From Candidatus Latescibacterota bacterium (GTDB lineage: Bacteria > Latescibacterota > UBA2968 > GCA-2709665): DNA of 64,000 nucleotides. The notes below the pieces were generated by a model that saw nothing but the letters and a program-made list of their open reading frames with translations, was not told the origin of the DNA and did not search any database. A program made the position numbers and the translations under genes. Location: NCBI GenBank assembly GCA_965116875.1, contig OZ220733.1, forward strand, positions 5,184,001-5,248,000. The letters run 5' to 3'. Shown here one piece after another: positions 1-8,469 of this stretch (positions are counted from its first letter, which is position 1; every line of letters starts with the position of its first letter).

Positions 1-330
1 AACCGGGATCTTGTATTCCCAAACATTGGTGATTTTCAAAGCATAAGCAATTGCGCGCCCTGCGTAATAGGTGTCAAAATCTCGTTTTTTAACACCTGCT
101 AGTGCGGACACTTGTTTCCAAACCTCCTCAGGTGGCCCACTCCACACGTGTCCAACGCGAAATCCTCCTCGGAGTTGCCTGACCGGGCTGGAAACGTAAA
201 TAAACACGTCACGATTCTCTATATATGGAGTGATGCGTCGTCTAAGTTCAGCCTCTTTAAGACCCTCAAAAACCAGGTTTGCGTAGCATGGCTTCAAGGA
301 AAAGAGTAAAGGTGCTGTTGTCACGTTCAT
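1..330 (-). CDS. ASCH/PUA-like domain protein (3' end runs off the window; absent from ORF track)
   Basis: Hand translation from ATG at 330: MNVTTAPLLFSLKPCYANLVFEGLKEAELRRR...VFIYVSSPVRQLRGGFRVGHVWSG, matching the ASCH pattern SxKPxYAxxIxxGxKxxExR. ATGA overlap with the upstream stop at 327-329; frame open to position 1. Confidence 0.88.
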   Translation of the reverse strand, partial: MNVTTAPLLFSLKPCYANLVFEGLKEAELRRRITPYIENRDVFIYVSSPVRQLRGGFRVGHVWSGPPEEVWKQVSALAGVKKRDFDTYYAGRAIAYALKITNVWEYKIPV

Positions 331-2342
331 GATTGATCTGGATATCCAAGTTGTAGTAATTCGCGGAATATTGCCGTTGGCACAATTGAGGGAGATTGCA
401 ACGTTAGCCCGATTTCACTTTTTTCGAAGACATCTCGCAACTTATCCAGTGAGACCGGTTCTCGAAAAAGGAATGTGTGCGAAAAACTCAGCGCCATTAT
501 CTCTCTTGATGGATCACCGCGACACATGTCCCAAAGGTCTTTCCATTCCAGTATCCCGATTTTTTTGAATTTTTTAAAGAGTGCTTTTGGGATATCTATC
601 TCGACGGCGTCAAGGTGGGATACTGCTACAATCTCCCTTACGTTTCCGCTGACGTACCACAGAATCCGAGCAGGTGGATTGAGTATGTTGTGATGTGTTT
701 TTCGTCGGTAATACACGTTATCCCAACGCAACAATACACTCTTCTTACCCCCGAAGAGATCGTTGGCCGATTGGTGGCGATCAAAAAGGCTGATGGCGTA
801 ACCAGGTCGAATTGGTATCAAGAAATGACCCTGATTCGCGACCAAGTTCAGTGGTGAGCAATGTCGTTCAATTTCGAAATCTGACATATTCTGATAATTA
901 CTTGTGGATTCGGGAGACAATTCCGAAATCGCACCTAATGCCTCTTCGCGATCAAGACAATGTGAAAAGCAGAATCTCACATAGCTGTCGTTACATTTGG
1001 TAAATCCCATCTCCAAGAGGTCCGTCGCCAATCTGGTCGCGACGGCGGTTGCCTCGAATTTCACCATGTCGAAGTTTTCTCTTACCGCTTTGTAAATAGT
1101 ATCCGCGACCAAAAAACGCTCGAAAAGCAATCGGTTATTGGATCTCACCACCCTACCCAAATGCACAGTAAGTGTCTTATTTGCAACAACCTCAAGAATT
1201 CGAAATCCACACACTTCGTTGCCTGACCATAGAAGCTCGCACTCATAACGAGTAGGGCTTGCAAGAAAATTTCTCACTTTTTCCCGGAACTTGCCTATTC
1301 GTTCCCCTTGGTATAAGAAAGAGGCAAATGGGAACGATGGGAGTTCAGCAGAAGCTAAGCGACGCCATTCAAGACTGAGGCCCGACACGCGAACGGGCAT
1401 ATAGGATTGCTTATCGGAGAGCTCGTGAAATTGAATGACCAACTCGGTAGGTGATAAGACTTTAAGCCCCGTTACATCCGATATGGCATCTCCATTTTGT
1501 AAGAGATGTTGGTCCCGCGTAACGAAAAATTCGATATCTGAGGCGGCTGTCTTTGCCAATTGTCGAATGTCGGATTGTTCACGTGGTGTGCAGCTGCGAA
1601 GAATCTCCTTCAGACGTTCCTCAAAGAGTCCGGCCAGTTGTGCGTCGTGTTCGATTCTGTGAAATCCGTAAACTCTGTTTCGGGATTTTTCACGCTGATC
1701 GGAATCGCTGTGCCGATCAATTTCGACGAACAGTTCATCAGTGATACAAAAGTTGAGGGAACCTGATAGGAAGTCGGAGAGTAAAGCCTTGGATGGCTTT
1801 GTTTCACTACTGTCCGGCTGGTCAAAATGGAAAAAGATCTGGGCATCGATTACGATATCGAGAGTCTCATCGGATGTCTTTACCTGGAAAAGTTCTAATT
1901 GGTCATCGGGTGCCAGCGTGAAGCACCAAAGTGTCAAAACGTGTCCGGCTGCCGAACGGCCAGGCTTCTCACTAATGGGTACAAAGCCCAATTGGGGCCA
2001 CATTTGATGCGCCGGAAAATCTCGACGGCAATGAAGTTTTATTGCCTTTTGCGTGGTTGCTGACTCCTTCAAGGAGTTTACCAGCCGCTTCGCGATACCT
2101 TGACCTCGGTATTGTTCCGCCACGCAAAGTTGGCAAATGCGAAAATAGTCTCGATTGTCTCCATAGAGGAGATATCCGATGAGTTGGTCCCGTTCGTTTT
2201 TCGCCCCAATTACACCCTCTTTACAAAGGTAGTCACGTAGGGCTGCTCTCGTAAGAAAACCAAGCGTCTGACTGCAATGTTTCATTAACTCGTCCACAGC
2301 ATTTAGGTCTTCGGACGTTAGCTTGGAGATTGTCATTTTCAC
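327..2342 (-). CDS. GNAT acetyltransferase - PIN nuclease - degenerate GNAT - PUA/ASCH-like multidomain protein
   Basis: GNAT motif A QLCVAEQYRGQGIAKRL; PIN acidic residues IVIDAQ...EID...SDIRQ...FVTRD; C-terminal LIPIRPGYAISLF...NVYYR...ILWYVS. Confidence 0.8.
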   Translation of the reverse strand: MKMTISKLTSEDLNAVDELMKHCSQTLGFLTRAALRDYLCKEGVIGAKNERDQLIGYLLYGDNRDYFRICQLCVAEQYRGQGIAKRLVNSLKESATTQKAIKLHCRRDFPAHQMWPQLGFVPISEKPGRSAAGHVLTLWCFTLAPDDQLELFQVKTSDETLDIVIDAQIFFHFDQPDSSETKPSKALLSDFLSGSLNFCITDELFVEIDRHSDSDQREKSRNRVYGFHRIEHDAQLAGLFEERLKEILRSCTPREQSDIRQLAKTAASDIEFFVTRDQHLLQNGDAISDVTGLKVLSPTELVIQFHELSDKQSYMPVRVSGLSLEWRRLASAELPSFPFASFLYQGERIGKFREKVRNFLASPTRYECELLWSGNEVCGFRILEVVANKTLTVHLGRVVRSNNRLLFERFLVADTIYKAVRENFDMVKFEATAVATRLATDLLEMGFTKCNDSYVRFCFSHCLDREEALGAISELSPESTSNYQNMSDFEIERHCSPLNLVANQGHFLIPIRPGYAISLFDRHQSANDLFGGKKSVLLRWDNVYYRRKTHHNILNPPARILWYVSGNVREIVAVSHLDAVEIDIPKALFKKFKKIGILEWKDLWDMCRGDPSREIMALSFSHTFLFREPVSLDKLRDVFEKSEIGLTLQSPSIVPTAIFRELLQLGYPDQS

Positions 2343-2374
2343 ACTCGCCTTTTTTCTATGATCGCCGCAACTTC

Positions 2375-5300
2375 CTACTGCGTCAGCCCATATAGCACAT
2401 ACACTAGCCGGTCTATCTCAGCTTCTTGCTCGCAGGTTTCCGCCAACGGATCGGCGCGTCTGATTGCAAGGATTTGATCGACAAGTTCGATTATCGGCGC
2501 TTGCTGCTCATGTGTCGCGTCGGGAATCGGTAGCTTTTTCCAATCGTCCGGATAGAGATGGATATTGCTGCGGCGATTTGCTCTCAAGAAATCACGAGCG
2601 ACAGTAGAATTCATCACGCCGAGCAAGAATTTCACGGAAAAACGACGCCCAGTTTCTTCAAGTTCTTCCCGCGTAGGTAAATCCGGGCGTCGCGGTCTTT
2701 CATTTCGATAGCGCGTCTGCCTTTTAATCGACCTGTTACGGACGCCGGATAAGCGATGCCAAAGGATAAAGGACCACGCAGAATGATTATGGTAGAGCCT
2801 TTGATCGTCATAAGCAACGCGGAGCTTTTCCATTCCCGCAGCCATATCAACCGAGATCAACTTCTCGCTGACTTCATACATTTCCGGAAACGTTGGACGC
2901 CGAAACAAGGAAGGTGCCCGTTCTGTTCCCCACTCCAGCCACTTATTAGTAGCCGGAAGCCATCTTGCGAGGTGTTTCCCTTCCACAAACGACTTCGGGT
3001 GGCGTTCGTCTCTTGTATCTGAAATCAAATCTCTTAATTCAAATGCACCTTGTGCCTTTTTCTCATCGGCATGGACAACCATCCCCACACTGACATAGCA
3101 AATTTCATCGAGCGTCATCGTTGGCACTGAGTACTGTTGGAAATTATCATCTTCCGGGAAAAAGACGCGATAGGTGAGGTTATCTTGAACGTCAGTTGAT
3201 AATAGATCGACAACTCCAAACTCCGGTTCATGCACCCGGCGTACTGGCTTTTGATGGCTGCCGTCTGCCTTCTGAAACAGATAAGTTATGTTTCGGACGG
3301 CGGCATCGAAAATCTGAATCTTGCTGAAAAAGTCAAGCCGTAGAATTCGACTGTTTTGTAGAAACCATTCCTGAGATTTCTGCGCGTATTTTGAGTGGCA
3401 GTAAGCATCCGAGACGATCATTGTCGTAAATCCGCCGGACTTGAGCAACTGATAGCTCCGCTCAATGAAGGGAACATACAAATCCCACTTTTCCCAGAGA
3501 GTTTCATATAGACTGCTGTCTTCAATTCTCTTACGAAGTTCAAGATGCTGATCGCCTGAATCCGCTCTGACGTAAGGCGGATTCCCAATCACCACGTCGA
3601 ACCCGTTGGCGACCCCAAACATATACTCAGCGTCGAACCAGTCGGCTTTCTCATTCTGGTCGTAGGGATCCCATTGTGCAATTTTGTTCGCATCATCCTT
3701 CGGAAGACCGGCCGATTCTAATTCCACTGCCAATGCCTTACGCAACCTCTTGTCCCCATCTCTACAGGTCAGTTTTTTCAGGCGCGTGGTCGCGTGAAAA
3801 TGCCGCTCGCGGTTTTCCGTCAGTCTCGTTTTCAGTGCCTCAATCTGTTGGCGGAACAAGTCCAGCTGATCGGCTTCCTCGATTCCCAACAGCGTATTCG
3901 CCACCACAAAGCGCGTCTCCAGATTCGGCAACGGCTTGATGCCGAAGTTGTCAGCAGTCTTGTCGGCTTCCTGTTCAATAGCCAACGAAATGAAAAAGCG
4001 CAGCTTGGCAATCTGGCACGCCACCGGCTGGATATCTACTCCAAAAATACTGTTTTGAATGAGATACAGCTTGCGCCCGAAGTCGCCCGAATACCGCTCA
4101 AAGGTCTCGCTGATCTCCAGCAACTCGGCGTCCCGCTCTTGCTTATCTTTGGTCTCAAATGCCTCGTCCGCTCGATGTCTGGCGCGTTCCTTTTGTAACG
4201 CTTCCCATCGCTTATTGCCAGGGTCAAGCCGTCTCAAGGCGAGGGTTAGCTTGTGCAGTATGCCCATTGGAAACGCGCCCGAACCAACGGCGGGATCGAG
4301 CACCTTGAGATCGGCAATTGCGCGTACGATGCTTTCTTTTGCCGGATCGTCAAACAACACATCGACGTCATTGAATTCATCCGTGTAATCCAGCAACCAG
4401 CGCAAACTCGTATCCCAATCATCGGCGTTTCCATTTTTCGGCAGACACTTCTGCTTCAGTGTCGCCACCAGCGCCTCATCCACCATGTAATCCACGACGA
4501 TGCGAGGCGTGTAGTAGGAGCCGGTTTGCTTGCGTACAGTATCCCGAGTTTCAGGGTTGTAGGCAGCCAGCAGGTTCTCGAAAACTTTGCCGAGTAGTTC
4601 AGGATCCAATGCTACTTCTTGCTCTATAGGAGTGTTTTCCTCGACCGTGAACTTGTAGTGGTTGAGTAGAGTAAACAGTCCATATTCATCATCAAAGAAC
4701 AGCGCGTCCGGGACGTTCAGTTCCCGCCAGGCGTCACGACGTGCTTGTGCGGCGCGAGGGCCATCTTTGGGATCCGGGTCGCTGAACATGTCGATGCGTT
4801 TGCCACCCGCGCTCCTCGACTCTTCGTCATCGAGACAGTCAAACAGGCCGCCGTTGATGAATGGCGTCTGTTTCATCAAGCCTTCAAACCGCTCTAAGTC
4901 GCGAATGAGTGATTTGTAGCGATAACGTGAAAACACTCTGTGGCTGGGCTCTCTCCGGCTACTGAAACCACGCGAATCCATCTCCGTGTTGAGGGTCGCG
5001 AAAAAGAGATTCTGCAAGACAGCACGGTAGTAGTCGGAGCCACCGAGTTTACTCAACAACTCCTCCATCTCGGCTTGTACGAACCATTCTTCCTGGACCA
5101 ATCCCTTTTCCTTTATGAACCAGACGAATAAAATACGTGTAATCAAACGGATTACCTGTTGCTCCGCCGGAACGCTCTTGGGGAATTTTGCATCCTTAAC
5201 CGCCCGCTCAAACCAATCGAAGAGTTCGCGGTAGAATTGCCGGTTGAGTTCCTCGGTGTCCAGTTTGTCCAACCAGGCAACCAGAAGGCCGTCGAAATTG

Positions 5301-5938
5301 TGTGGCTTGTTGTGGCGATCCATCCATATAGCGCATTTGGCCAGTGAAAGATCAGACAAAATGTCCAGATGGGCGCGATGTGGATTATTCGGTGCAATCT
5401 CACGTATCAAAGAAACCTTGCCCAATACATCACGCGCCGGGTCGCGCTTGTGCTCTCGGCGGTGAACAAAGGCAAGAGTCAGCAGATCGGATGTTGTGCG
5501 GAAGAGAACGACGGAGGGTTGATTTAGGCGTTTGTTGATCTCGCGAGTTAATCGTGCGTATTGTCCTCGAGTGCAGGTCGCTTCCTTGAGTTCAACGGCA
5601 AAGTATACGAAGCTTTTCTGATGTCCTTTGTCAAAGGAAGCGGAATCAAATTTAATCGAGGGCTGGGTGCTGGAGGCGATCTCGTCGCTTGTCACCTGAA
5701 AAATTAACTTCACGGATTGCGTTTGTTCGCGAAACTCCTCTTCGGTCCTTGTGTTTTTATTTTGTGCTGGAAATTCACGAATAAAGTCATCCACACTTCC
5801 TGATAATTCCTGGGTGCGCTCGCTTTGATAACCCAGCGCCTCGAGCACGCGATTCGCGGCTACACCAAAGTCGTCACCGGGAATCGTCTTCAGTGCCGAT
5901 TGAATATCCTCTCTAACTTCCGGCTTTTTCATCGTCAA
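2375..5938 (-). CDS. Type IIG/Eco57I-like N6-adenine DNA methyltransferase with C-terminal specificity region
   Basis: DPELLGKVFENLL, GSYYTP, motif I LDPAVGSGAF, motif IV GNPPY, C-terminal IDRLVYVLYGLT. ATG at 5932 is an alternative start. Confidence 0.92.
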   Translation of the reverse strand: MTMKKPEVREDIQSALKTIPGDDFGVAANRVLEALGYQSERTQELSGSVDDFIREFPAQNKNTRTEEEFREQTQSVKLIFQVTSDEIASSTQPSIKFDSASFDKGHQKSFVYFAVELKEATCTRGQYARLTREINKRLNQPSVVLFRTTSDLLTLAFVHRREHKRDPARDVLGKVSLIREIAPNNPHRAHLDILSDLSLAKCAIWMDRHNKPHNFDGLLVAWLDKLDTEELNRQFYRELFDWFERAVKDAKFPKSVPAEQQVIRLITRILFVWFIKEKGLVQEEWFVQAEMEELLSKLGGSDYYRAVLQNLFFATLNTEMDSRGFSSRREPSHRVFSRYRYKSLIRDLERFEGLMKQTPFINGGLFDCLDDEESRSAGGKRIDMFSDPDPKDGPRAAQARRDAWRELNVPDALFFDDEYGLFTLLNHYKFTVEENTPIEQEVALDPELLGKVFENLLAAYNPETRDTVRKQTGSYYTPRIVVDYMVDEALVATLKQKCLPKNGNADDWDTSLRWLLDYTDEFNDVDVLFDDPAKESIVRAIADLKVLDPAVGSGAFPMGILHKLTLALRRLDPGNKRWEALQKERARHRADEAFETKDKQERDAELLEISETFERYSGDFGRKLYLIQNSIFGVDIQPVACQIAKLRFFISLAIEQEADKTADNFGIKPLPNLETRFVVANTLLGIEEADQLDLFRQQIEALKTRLTENRERHFHATTRLKKLTCRDGDKRLRKALAVELESAGLPKDDANKIAQWDPYDQNEKADWFDAEYMFGVANGFDVVIGNPPYVRADSGDQHLELRKRIEDSSLYETLWEKWDLYVPFIERSYQLLKSGGFTTMIVSDAYCHSKYAQKSQEWFLQNSRILRLDFFSKIQIFDAAVRNITYLFQKADGSHQKPVRRVHEPEFGVVDLLSTDVQDNLTYRVFFPEDDNFQQYSVPTMTLDEICYVSVGMVVHADEKKAQGAFELRDLISDTRDERHPKSFVEGKHLARWLPATNKWLEWGTERAPSLFRRPTFPEMYEVSEKLISVDMAAGMEKLRVAYDDQRLYHNHSAWSFILWHRLSGVRNRSIKRQTRYRNERPRRPDLPTREELEETGRRFSVKFLLGVMNSTVARDFLRANRRSNIHLYPDDWKKLPIPDATHEQQAPIIELVDQILAIRRADPLAETCEQEAEIDRLVYVLYGLTQ

Positions 5939-6120
5939 TCTTTCTGTGACGCTCGTACCCGTCTGGGGACGAGAGCGATCATGGAGGAAACGAGATTCGA
6001 ATGGCCTGGGTCACATGCGCAGATACACACTTTCTTGCGAACATGTGGTTCCTGCAGAGATGCCCAGCATTCGTCTACAGCATCCAAGCTTATTTCGAGA
6101 TCTCCCTGAACTCCGTTGAA

Positions 6121-6176
6121 ATTCTATCAAATGACCGTCAAATGGAGTAGAAATCTCTAACTTATTGCAAATAAGT
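6121..6176 (-). promoter_or_regulatory. Candidate extended -10 promoter (TGaTAGAAT) with an upstream operator-like inverted repeat, ahead of the methyltransferase
   Basis: Minus-strand TGATAGAAT at 6129-6121; perfect 7-bp inverted repeat ACTTATT-GCA-AATAAGT at 6160-6176 in an AT-rich patch. Confidence 0.35.
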
Positions 6177-6386
6177 ATATTATTTCGAATATAATGGAAA
6201 TCGTGATCCAAGAACTACCACTTCTGTCAATTAACCATCAATTTAGATTCATTGCCATTGCTGTCTAAGAACCGCGGGATTCCTGGAGAAGAGGATCGAG
6301 AGGTGGATTCGATTCGCGATGTTGTACGGGTTTGACGCGGATAACGGAAACCAGGTTGCCATCGGTCGGTGTTTGTTGCAACGCAC

Positions 6387-6413
6387 GTCATTCCGAGCGG
6401 TGTCGAAGCATCT
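6387..6413. repeat. REP-like element (GTCATT..GAGC...GTCGAA family)
   Basis: GTCATTCCGAGCGGTGTCGAAGCATCT resembles the CATTGAGCTTGTCGAAATG units at 23573-23614. Confidence 0.45.
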
Positions 6414-6853
6414 TTCGCTGCTTCCGTCCCGCGCTGGGGGCGGACGTGCTGCCTCTCAGGTATCGAAACGTGCAAAACGCACCAGAATTATTCCATGCTG
6501 CAGTAGATCCTTCGTCGGCCTGCTCTACATGTCAGTCTGCTCTTACGTGTAATGGAGGTGTTTCGCCGACGTCGTACGCAGGCCTCCTCTGGATGACAGT
6601 TTTCGCGAAGGTGTGGGCATCGCGTTTCGCCAATGGCTGGGGACGAATATTCATCCGTATATTTCGTGCACTTTCGCGACTTTCGTAGTGAATCAAACCG
6701 TTTATTGGACAGGTGTGAATCATCGCCGAAACGCCATGTACTTCGCACGTCTGCCTCCGTGAACTAATGCGCCTGCGAAGTCACCATCGCAGGGTTTCTG
6801 TCACTACATCCTTGAATTGATCCCACGGACGATATACCCTGCGACGCAGAGTG

Positions 6854-8467
6854 CTAAATGGCGAACATCTCTGGCTCCAGGAGGTCGCGCGACCAACGGC
6901 GCAGGCGGCTGATCGCCTTTACCTTGATTTGGCGGATGCGCTCGCGTGTGAGATTCATCATCTCGCCGATTTCCTCCAATGTATGGCTATCGCTGCCATT
7001 CAGGCCAAAATGCAGGCTGATTACTTCCGCCTCGCGTGGTGTGAGGCGGTCAAGCGCTTCGTCAATTTGCTTTACGGCAGATTGGCGCACAATTTCAGCG
7101 TCAGGCGTAGCCGTGTTCTCGTCGACCAAAGTCTCTACCAGACCACTTCCGTGGTTGATAGGAGAATCGTCCAGTGGCAACATGCCTAGGCCGCTAGTGA
7201 TCGTATCCAGGACCTCTTCGACCGGGAGTCCAAGTTCGGCAGCTATTTCTTCCAGGTCATCCTGCGACGGCACCTCGAGTTCGCCGGCACCATTTTCCGC
7301 TGTCGGCGCAGCGTCCCAGCCGTTATTTAGTACGCATGTGATGTCATTGAGCATACTGACTCTATTGAGAGGTAAGCGCACGGTACGCGTATGCTCTTCA
7401 ATTGTTTGAATGATAGACTGGCGAATCCAATGAACCGCATACGTAATCAATCTATTTCCTAGTGACCCGTCGAAGCGGTCGACCGCAGTTACCAGACCCT
7501 TATTTCCTGCACTGATCAGGTCGGAAAGGGGCAGACCGCGATTTCGGTACTTCTTCGCCATGTATATGACAAATCGTAAATTCGCCGAGATTAACGCCTC
7601 ACGTGCTTCCACATCGCCATTCTTGGTGCGTTCAGCCAATTCTATCTCGCGCTCTCTCGATAGTGGTGTTGAACGAGCGATATCATTGAAGTAATTTCGC
7701 AGTGTGACTTCCTCTCCTTCGGGCAGTTTGCCCTCAGACTCCACCCGTTCAATCCAATCGGATGCATATTGGTAGAACGGCTGTCCGCGTTCTGTGGTGT
7801 CCAGCTTAGATAACCAGGCTGACAGTAAGCCGTCAAAGTTGCGGGACTTACCATTGGCATTCATCCAATTGATACATTCCGATAAAGACAGATCTGCCAG
7901 AACGTCCAGATCGCTTTGGCGCGGATTTTCGGTCGGAATCTCCCTGCTCAACGACGTGACTCGTTCAAGCACGTCGAGACTATCGTCGAGTTTGTGCGGC
8001 CGGCGACCAATAGCAGCGATAGTAAAGAGGTATCCAGCGCGGAAAAGAACCACCGCCGGGGCCTTGATTCGCTTGTCAATCTCCCTGGTGAATTCATCAT
8101 ATATCCCGCGAGGGTAGTCGTCGCCCCAAAGTTCCACCGCGAAGAAGAGAATGCTCTGCTGCCGACCCTCATCAAACTCTGCAGCCTGACTCCGAGGTGA
8201 CTGTTGAACGGCCCAGGCGATTTCATCGTTTGTTAGCTGAAATATAATCTTTACGGACTGAACGTGCTCAAGGAATGCCCGTTCAGTGTTGGTATTTGAT
8301 CTATACGCCGGTAATGCCTGGACAAAGCTATTGACGTCGCCTGAAAGTTCCAAGGTGCGGTCGCTTTGATAGCCGAGCACTTCAAGCAGGTCTTTCGCTG
8401 ATTCGGAAAAATCGCTGAATGAAATCGCCTCAATCGCCGTTTGAATCTTCTCTTTGATATCGGGCAT
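6854..8467 (-). CDS. Fusion: RM methyltransferase-type N-terminal domain (~250 aa) + RpoD/SigA-type sigma-70 (regions 1.2, 2, 3, 4)
   Basis: C-terminal half has LRNYFNDI (1.2), ANLRFVIYMAKKYRNRGL..DLISAGN.GL (2.1-2.2), TYAVHWIRQSI (2.3-2.4), TLEEIG...LTRERIRQI (4.2). N-terminal half aligns by eye with the first ~250 aa of the 2375-5938 protein. ATG at 8467 lies 2 nt after the helicase stop. Confidence 0.9.
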   Translation of the reverse strand: MPDIKEKIQTAIEAISFSDFSESAKDLLEVLGYQSDRTLELSGDVNSFVQALPAYRSNTNTERAFLEHVQSVKIIFQLTNDEIAWAVQQSPRSQAAEFDEGRQQSILFFAVELWGDDYPRGIYDEFTREIDKRIKAPAVVLFRAGYLFTIAAIGRRPHKLDDSLDVLERVTSLSREIPTENPRQSDLDVLADLSLSECINWMNANGKSRNFDGLLSAWLSKLDTTERGQPFYQYASDWIERVESEGKLPEGEEVTLRNYFNDIARSTPLSREREIELAERTKNGDVEAREALISANLRFVIYMAKKYRNRGLPLSDLISAGNKGLVTAVDRFDGSLGNRLITYAVHWIRQSIIQTIEEHTRTVRLPLNRVSMLNDITCVLNNGWDAAPTAENGAGELEVPSQDDLEEIAAELGLPVEEVLDTITSGLGMLPLDDSPINHGSGLVETLVDENTATPDAEIVRQSAVKQIDEALDRLTPREAEVISLHFGLNGSDSHTLEEIGEMMNLTRERIRQIKVKAISRLRRWSRDLLEPEMFAI

Positions 8468-8469
8468 GC

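Noticed and set aside
6011-6748. Short ORFs in the sigma-methyltransferase spacer (6532-6723, 6488-6748, 6227-6475, 6011-6211)
   Set aside because: No recognisable motifs, mutually overlapping, and crossing repeat-like sequence. A small peptide cannot be fully excluded.
6480-6853. Naming the structured spacer as 6S RNA, a retron RNA or a group II intron fragment
   Set aside because: No diagnostic consensus visible and no reverse transcriptase nearby; kept only as an unnamed candidate.
6854-8467. Calling the fusion the housekeeping rpoD or a pseudogene
   Set aside because: Island location, foreign N-terminal domain and altered region 2.3 argue against housekeeping; the unbroken frame argues against a pseudogene.
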